The notes under the pieces are model-generated. The model saw only the letters and a program-made list of their open reading frames with translations, was not told the DNA's origin and searched no databases. From an uncultured Syntrophorhabdaceae bacterium (GTDB lineage Bacteria > Desulfobacterota > Syntrophorhabdia > Syntrophorhabdales > Syntrophorhabdaceae), in NCBI GenBank assembly GCA_964532465.1, contig CAZHHX010000019.1, forward strand, positions 589 to 64,588: 64,000 nt of DNA, read 5' to 3'. A program made the position numbers and the translations under genes. Below are positions 58,005-64,000 of this stretch, in pieces. Each line of letters starts with the position of its first letter. Position 1 is the first letter of the stretch.

Positions 58005-59132
58005 TCAGGGGGTAATTGTTTTCTCTATAAGGTCTTGATAATGTTTTATCACGATCTTTTCATCGAATTCTTCTTTTACTTTTTTTCTACTGACTTGTCC
58101 CATCTTTTTTCTCTCTGACTCGCCAATTTCTATCATTTTCATCATTGCATCAGCAAGACTTTTGGCGTCTCTAACTGGTACTAAAAAACCATTCTTCCCA
58201 TTATCTGTTGTTTCTCTGCAGCCTGCAACATCTGTTGTAATAATCGGTCTTTCTAAGGCCATAGCCTCAAGCAATACTTTGGATAATCCTTCCCTGTATG
58301 AAGGCAGTACTATAACATCAGAGCTATTCATAAAAGGTCTAACATCATCAGTTTCTTGAAAGTAATTAATGACACCTTCTTCGTGCCAGCTTTTTATTAA
58401 GCTTTCCGGTATACATGAAGGATTGCTGTTATCACATGCGCCAAGCAATAAAAACCTTGCATTAAAGCACTTCTGTCTAACGATCCTTGCTGCTTCAACA
58501 AATTCAATAACACCCTTGTCATATAACATTCTTGAAACCATAAGAAAAACAATTGCATTTTCTTTAACAAGTTGATCCTTATATGAGTTTGGTACAAAAT
58601 AACTTGTATCCACACCGGAACCTTCAATAAGCATTGCTTTCTCTTTTTTAACAATGTTCTTCTTCAAGAAAATATTTTTATCTTCACTATTTTGAAATAC
58701 AACAAATTGTGAAAAAGAACATATTATTTTGTATAAAAACCTAACAAATCTCTGAAGCAGCGAATCTTTTAGAAATACATAGCCTAAACCTGTAATTACG
58801 TTAATATATTTGGTTCTGTTTAAAATAGCGGATAAACTACCGTACATATTAGGCTTAATTGTGTAATGAATAACCAGAATAGGCTTTTCTCTTTTATATA
58901 TTGAGTAAAATTCAAGAAATAATTTAAAATCTTTTAATGGATTTGTGCCCCTTCCAACTAATTGTTTTATGAAAATAAGTTTAAAGTTTTCATTTTCAAT
59001 CTTTCTGGAGAAGGCATCTTCCGGCGCTATCGCCACCACATCAAAACCACTATTTCTTAATGATTTCATTAGTCCTAACCTAAAATTATATATCGACCAA
59101 CTTGTATTTGAAACAACTAATATTTTTTTCAT
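58005..59132 (-). CDS. Glycosyltransferase family 4 (GT-B)
   Basis: MKKILVVSNTSWSIYNF start and the E(x7)E region LPSYREGLSKVLLEAMA. Confidence 0.8.
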   Translation of the reverse strand: MKKILVVSNTSWSIYNFRLGLMKSLRNSGFDVVAIAPEDAFSRKIENENFKLIFIKQLVGRGTNPLKDFKLFLEFYSIYKREKPILVIHYTIKPNMYGSLSAILNRTKYINVITGLGYVFLKDSLLQRFVRFLYKIICSFSQFVVFQNSEDKNIFLKKNIVKKEKAMLIEGSGVDTSYFVPNSYKDQLVKENAIVFLMVSRMLYDKGVIEFVEAARIVRQKCFNARFLLLGACDNSNPSCIPESLIKSWHEEGVINYFQETDDVRPFMNSSDVIVLPSYREGLSKVLLEAMALERPIITTDVAGCRETTDNGKNGFLVPVRDAKSLADAMMKMIEIGESERKKMGQVSRKKVKEEFDEKIVIKHYQDLIEKTITP

Positions 59133-59439
59133 ATCAATGCCTGATTGAAGCACTTTTTCTCCATAAAATTATTAAACCCTTGAAGTTAATAGCAGACGCC
59201 GGAATACAAAACCCATGCTGCAACTTTCCTAAAAAAAGAACTGTATATATTAGCAATAAGTGATAATTGCTTATTATTATGAATAGTTGACTAATAATGA
59301 ACGGTAAAACAGAACTAATTAAATAATATACCGGGCAAGTCCGACAGGTTCATAGCCGGAAATTATGCAAGCAGGTACAGGAAAACTTTCCTTCACCCCT
59401 GTCAACAACTTAGGCAAAATGCTCGCACCTTTGTTTTAT

Positions 59440-60696
59440 TTAAGCTTTTCCATTCATGCTCTCATACAATTTGTTCTTCGATATAGTTCTTAAACACAAG
59501 ATTTGAAATACACCGAATGAAAAACATATTAATAGAAAGGGCTCGATACTGCAGCGGTGCCTTCCCTCAAGATAGTAAAGGCTGTGCACCAGCGAGTTTG
59601 AGCTGAAAAGAAAAAGGATAAGAATCATCAAAGGGCGTATCTTCTTGATTCTCAACGCCCATGTAAGCCCGACAAACGAACATAGTAATATGACGGTGTA
59701 ATAAATTTTGTACAATATCAGATAAGAAGCGGGATAGAGCAACCCCGCCTGAGGCGAAAACCACCAGAAATAATAAAGCTTTTTGAGAGTGTTTTCAATA
59801 AATTGACCGGGATGCTGCCGGATGAAAGTAAGCGCCTCTGCTTTAAACAACTCCATCTGCCCTATCTCATCGAGACTTAAAAGTTTTTTACGTAATTCAT
59901 CGGGGATTGTATCTTTCCAGGTTTTTCCTGATGGCATCATAGCTGTTCCCGAACTTTGCGGGTTATTGCCGATCCACAGTCCAATCCACTGGTTTGTTTG
60001 AATAAACACAGTCTGTTTAAAAATAATCATATTGCGAATGACCCAGGGCGCAACTATAAGGAACAGCGAGACTATACTGACAAAGATGACCTTCTTTGCC
60101 TCTTTTTTGTCCACGGAGTAATACAAAAGCCAGAACCAACCCAAGACGAAAAAAGGCAGGAATGTTGCTCGCTCAAGGACACAGAGACCCGTACAAACGC
60201 CTAACAAGATATTGTTTTGCATGCCACGATTTTCAAGGGTAACAATAAGCAGGAGAAATGAGCTACAGATAAGAAATGAATAAAGTGAAAGCGTGTGCAA
60301 CATGGTCGAGGAGTAAATAATCAGTGCCGGATGTAATGCCATAAGCACTGCAGCTAGATAAGCGCACCTGGAATCAAAAAACCTCCTTGCTATAAAAAAG
60401 ATTATTGCACAGGTAGCAGTACTGAGAGCTATCTGCAGAATTACGATCAGGGTCTGATGATGGCCGAATAGAAGATAAATGAAAGCGCATAACACCGGAA
60501 AAACAGGTGCAATACCGGCCCTGTAAACAGCTTCGAGGCAATCAAAAGTAAAACCCTTACCTTGTATAAGGTTGACTGCCACAGTCTCATATTCAAAGGT
60601 CCTGATCTCCAGATAGGCCTGATAATAAAGAAAGCACAAGACCCTTACGACTGCTGCCATTATAAGAATGATAAAAAGCTTCGCATCTTTCACCAT
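59440..60696 (-). CDS. Polytopic membrane protein, GT39/ArnT-like (GT-C) glycosyltransferase
   Basis: 418 aa with about 10 predicted TM helices and no soluble domain. The GT-C assignment rests on architecture only. Confidence 0.55.
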   Translation of the reverse strand: MVKDAKLFIILIMAAVVRVLCFLYYQAYLEIRTFEYETVAVNLIQGKGFTFDCLEAVYRAGIAPVFPVLCAFIYLLFGHHQTLIVILQIALSTATCAIIFFIARRFFDSRCAYLAAVLMALHPALIIYSSTMLHTLSLYSFLICSSFLLLIVTLENRGMQNNILLGVCTGLCVLERATFLPFFVLGWFWLLYYSVDKKEAKKVIFVSIVSLFLIVAPWVIRNMIIFKQTVFIQTNQWIGLWIGNNPQSSGTAMMPSGKTWKDTIPDELRKKLLSLDEIGQMELFKAEALTFIRQHPGQFIENTLKKLYYFWWFSPQAGLLYPASYLILYKIYYTVILLCSFVGLTWALRIKKIRPLMILILFLFSSNSLVHSLYYLEGRHRCSIEPFLLICFSFGVFQILCLRTISKNKLYESMNGKA

Positions 60697-60711
60697 ATCG
60701 GTACCCGTAGC

Positions 60712-61371
60712 TCAGCTTTTGCCACAGGATTCCTCTTTTCTGCAATGTCCTACCTCATAAAGATCTCCAAAAGGCCAGACACATATGGTAGAGTTTGAGA
60801 CTTCTTTAAAAACCGTTCCTGCGGCCGCAGATACTTGCTTATGATCTGAAAAATGATGTTCTTTAATATTATAACCTAATAATTTAAAGGCATAATCCAT
60901 GATCTTTTTATCAACAGGGACTCCATAGACGATCTGTCCGTTTTGCTTTAGCACTCTGAATATTTTCTGAAATGCAGGGACCAGAAATTCGGGTTTTAAG
61001 TGTTCCAATATTGATATAAGCAAAACGCTATCAAAATAACCATCCTGATAAGGTAAATCAAGAACACTGCCGTTCCTCAGGAATGTGCGGACACCTAATT
61101 TCTGGAATGTTGCAGTAACAGCTTCGGCGTTCGCCGTCAGATCAAGTCCATGGATCTCGCTGTACATATCGTTCAGGTTTAGAAATGTCACTCCGGAACC
61201 AAAACCAATCTCAAGCACCCTTGACCCGCCCGATAACTCCGATAGACACATTTTAACCCTCTTGCGGTATATATTTCCGATAAAGGGCATTCTGTAGAAT
61301 CGTATTGGATCATCTCTATTGACACCCGAGTACTCGCATAGCGAAAGCATTTTTAATCGTTGTTCTTTCAT
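60712..61371 (-). CDS. Class I SAM-dependent methyltransferase
   Basis: Motif I VLEIGFGSG. 4-nt overlap with the upstream radical SAM gene. Confidence 0.8.
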   Translation of the reverse strand: MKEQRLKMLSLCEYSGVNRDDPIRFYRMPFIGNIYRKRVKMCLSELSGGSRVLEIGFGSGVTFLNLNDMYSEIHGLDLTANAEAVTATFQKLGVRTFLRNGSVLDLPYQDGYFDSVLLISILEHLKPEFLVPAFQKIFRVLKQNGQIVYGVPVDKKIMDYAFKLLGYNIKEHHFSDHKQVSAAAGTVFKEVSNSTICVWPFGDLYEVGHCRKEESCGKS

Positions 61372-62795
61372 CGTTTCGAATTGAACATGCCTTTAACAAC
61401 CATAAGGGCTACATCCCAAAACCATTTCAGTTCATTAAATGAACGTATCTTTAAAAGCAAGGTCATCTTTTTGTTCAGAGAGTAAAATTCCCTGTATGCT
61501 CTTTTGTATCTCCTGAGGATATCCTCTTCCTTTGCGCCCTTATATTCATAGAATACTTTACCGTCATAGAATCCGGAAGAAATATTTCTGGCTGTATCGA
61601 CCAAGAAATGGCCGTTTTGCTTTACCATGCGGTATAATTCGGTCCCCACAAAGGGAACTGCCATACAAAAGTTTGCGACATCCGGTTTGAGGGTTTTTGC
61701 ATATTCGAGGGTGCATTCGAAAGCCTCTTCGGTCTCACCGGGCAAGCCTATGATAAAGAAGCCATATATCAAAAAACCTTTTTTTTGGGCAAGGTGTACA
61801 ACATCTTTGACCTTATCCAAGTCTATCTGTTTACGGCATGTCGCAAGGACATCTTTATCTGCAGACTCTATGCCAAAAGCTAATTTGTATACCCCAGCTT
61901 TTTTCATCTTATCTAAAAGAGGTTCATCTACCAGTTCTGTCCTGATGCCTGACTGCATGTTGATAGATAAATTGTATTTTCTCTCTAAAATGCCATCCAA
62001 TATATCGTGCATTCTTGTCTTGTTAAAGGCAAAATTGTCATCCATAATATCCAGTTGACGGATGCCATAATGCTTGACCAGATGATCTATCTCATCTAAA
62101 ACATTCCGGCTGCTCCTGAAAGTTATTTTTTTCTCAAAAACGTCTTTACTGCAAAAAATGCAGCTATAGGCGCACCCCCTGCTGGTTATAATTGGCGCAG
62201 AAGGGCTCTTGCGAAGCCGTATCTTATAAAATTTAAAATGAGGTAAAAGATGATATGCCGGAAAAGGGAGATCGTCAAGGTTGTTGATTCTGGTTACAGA
62301 ATTCTTAACTATTGCCTTACTATTTGGTTCATAGTATGCAGCACCAGAGATTTTTCCTTCAAAAGGGAACAGCCCTTTTCTGATATTTTGCATAATATTT
62401 AAAACAGCATATTCCCCCTCACCTCTGATAATCCCATCGCAATCTATCTCCGCCAAGATCATCTCCGGTTCAGCCGTAGGCAGGGGGCCACCTAAAATAA
62501 TAGTACAATCCTTAAAGTTTTTACGGAGAAGGAACGTCAAGTCCTTGACTGTCTGGTAGGTAAAGGAATTCAAATAGACGCCGATCAAGCGGGTATTTTC
62601 CGGGATACGGCTTGTGATCTCTGTGTTGTTCAGCCTTAAAAGGTTCGCGTCTATAATCGAGCATTTAAATCCCTCCCTTTCCAAAACCGCAGCAATATAT
62701 CCCAGCCCTATGGGCGGGATAACCGTCGCCTCATTTAAACCTTTGCCGCCGGGGAAAGGATTGATGAATACTGCATCCATATTTTTTTCTTCCAT
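61368..62795 (-). CDS. B12-binding-domain radical SAM protein
   Basis: N-terminal cobalamin-binding-like domain (IPPIGLGYIAAVLEREGF) and SRGCAYSCIFC (CX3CX2C). Confidence 0.85.
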   Translation of the reverse strand: MEEKNMDAVFINPFPGGKGLNEATVIPPIGLGYIAAVLEREGFKCSIIDANLLRLNNTEITSRIPENTRLIGVYLNSFTYQTVKDLTFLLRKNFKDCTIILGGPLPTAEPEMILAEIDCDGIIRGEGEYAVLNIMQNIRKGLFPFEGKISGAAYYEPNSKAIVKNSVTRINNLDDLPFPAYHLLPHFKFYKIRLRKSPSAPIITSRGCAYSCIFCSKDVFEKKITFRSSRNVLDEIDHLVKHYGIRQLDIMDDNFAFNKTRMHDILDGILERKYNLSINMQSGIRTELVDEPLLDKMKKAGVYKLAFGIESADKDVLATCRKQIDLDKVKDVVHLAQKKGFLIYGFFIIGLPGETEEAFECTLEYAKTLKPDVANFCMAVPFVGTELYRMVKQNGHFLVDTARNISSGFYDGKVFYEYKGAKEEDILRRYKRAYREFYSLNKKMTLLLKIRSFNELKWFWDVALMVVKGMFNSKR

Positions 62796-62816
62796 GGCAT
62801 CAACCGCCTATCGGGA

Positions 62817-63596
62817 TTACTTCTTCTTGAGCTTCATTATAAAAAACGAGCTGAAGACCTTTGGAAAAGTCCGGGATAGCCAAAGGTCAAAACCAAACAT
62901 TCCCTTATACAACAATTGTGGTATTGGTATTCGTCGCGAAATTCCGCCGGTGATCATATAGGAAAAAGCGGAATAATATATCGCTTCCCTGCTGGAAAAG
63001 CTGAAGACCTTATCCAACGGCCTGCTCCAATCGTCCCGCTTAAAAAAAATGAGGTATGGCATCGCCATGTTGGCTGAGGATAGAGGGCCCTTTATTTCGT
63101 CTAAGACCGGCAGATTAATATTGAAAATTGACGGTTCGTGGTGCAGACATTTATATATGACACCCGAGATGACCGAAAAAAAAGGTTCTGCAAAAATGAT
63201 CTGACCCCCTGACTTCAATTTGGTTGCCATCTTTATTAGAAAGGTTATCGGTTCTTTCAGATGATGCAGAACATTGGTCAACGTTACAATATCTAAACTG
63301 GCGTCCGGGATCGGATCAAAAGTATCGATCTGGTGACAATCGAACGTGTAGTCAACATAATCCAAATCGAGGACATCACTGGTAATGACATTCTTGTAAA
63401 AAAGTTTAAGAGGCGATGTTCCGCTGCCTATCTCGAGTATTAATTTTCTTGAAATATCCTCAATTTCCCGGAACTGGCTTTCATAAAGGTTGCGGTACCA
63501 AAACAGCAAATTGGGATTCTGTTGGAGTTTGTTGCGGTTAATACGTGTAACAACAGTATCGTGCTCGAACAGATCATCGCCAGCATTCATATTCAT
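62817..63596 (-). CDS. Class I SAM-dependent methyltransferase
   Basis: Motif I ILEIGSGTSP and the VTLTNVLHHL post-motif region. Confidence 0.75.
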   Translation of the reverse strand: MNMNAGDDLFEHDTVVTRINRNKLQQNPNLLFWYRNLYESQFREIEDISRKLILEIGSGTSPLKLFYKNVITSDVLDLDYVDYTFDCHQIDTFDPIPDASLDIVTLTNVLHHLKEPITFLIKMATKLKSGGQIIFAEPFFSVISGVIYKCLHHEPSIFNINLPVLDEIKGPLSSANMAMPYLIFFKRDDWSRPLDKVFSFSSREAIYYSAFSYMITGGISRRIPIPQLLYKGMFGFDLWLSRTFPKVFSSFFIMKLKKK

Positions 63597-63599
63597 ACA

Positions 63600-64000
63600 T
63601 CAAACAAATTTTATCTTTTTTGCTGAATAAAACAGCATTTCTAATAGAATATATCCATGCTTCCATCTGTGTATGTTTGTTGTGCCGTATGAACGCTCCT
63701 TATACGAAATAGGTATCTCGACAACCTTCAAGCCGAGCCGGGAGGCGCCAAATATTAGATCAAAATCACCAAAAGGATCGAATTCCCCGAAGAAAGATCT
63801 GGTTTCGGCAAGCTTACGGTAGCTGTCTCTTGATATAACTTTTGTACCACACAAAGTATCTTTAAGTTTTTGGCCCAACACGTATGAAAATGCCAGTGCA
63901 AAGAACTTGTTTGCGATCATGTTAAAAAAACGCATCGCCTTTTTATCCATAGGGTAAACAAGCCGGCTTCCATTCAAAAATTCACCCTTATTACGAACAA
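63600..64000 (-). CDS. Glycosyltransferase family 2, C-terminal part (5' end beyond the window)
   Basis: The frame stays open to the window edge upstream of the ORF-track TTG. GT2-like DTLCGTKV motif. Confidence 0.65.
   Translation of the reverse strand, partial: VRNKGEFLNGSRLVYPMDKKAMRFFNMIANKFFALAFSYVLGQKLKDTLCGTKVISRDSYRKLAETRSFFGEFDPFGDFDLIFGASRLGLKVVEIPISYKERSYGTTNIHRWKHGYILLEMLFYSAKKIKFV

Overview
Gene-dense 64-kb chromosomal segment with about 60 credible CDS and one tRNA. I found no rRNA, CRISPR array, transposase or integrase. The content suggests an anaerobic, possibly Desulfobacterota- or Nitrospirota-like bacterium; this is inference from a BamB-like tungstoenzyme, a NirJ/Ahb-like radical SAM, a PEP-CTERM protein and the cmk-ispH-rpsA gene order. 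Layout: (1) 0-6 kb W/Mo-enzyme module with a BamB-like AOR, an acetylene-hydratase-like molybdopterin enzyme, and IclR and TetR regulators. (2) 7-20 kb mixed metabolic and envelope genes. (3) 20.2-21.4 kb 43-aa polybasic ORF translationally coupled to a radical SAM with CX4CX2C spacing. (4) 21.6-24.4 kb molybdate/tungstate ABC transporter with a sigma70-like promoter and a ModE-box-like operator. (5) 26.6-38.5 kb defence island: a complete type I R-M system (hsdM, hsdS, hsdR) interrupted at two junctions by five non-R-M ORFs, then a decayed PIN toxin-antitoxin, an orphan ParB-like gene followed by iteron-like repeats, and a RelE/ParE pair. (6) 38.5-53.7 kb housekeeping and envelope block (LPS kinase, LpxL-like, Trm112-like, rpsA, ispH, cmk, hisC, PHP phosphatase, miaB, surE, tRNA-Pro(GGG), GT9, M48 protease, DD-carboxypeptidase). 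(7) 54.5-64 kb polysaccharide/glycolipid cluster containing a B12-radical SAM flanked by two methyltransferases. Best candidate for a new system: the overlapping two-gene cassette at 31445-32655 between hsdS and hsdR. Other non-obvious signals: a dispersed structured non-coding repeat family with compensatory stem changes (24421-24544, 24725-24930, 45717-45900); a second repeat family sitting exactly at the 3' ends of two minus-strand genes (14869-14970, 51332-51428); tandem 21-nt hairpin units ahead of three island cassettes; and heptanucleotide tandem arrays, one forming an in-frame 75-nt insertion in a CapD-like gene. Every family assignment comes from reading motifs and from memory. No database search was run.
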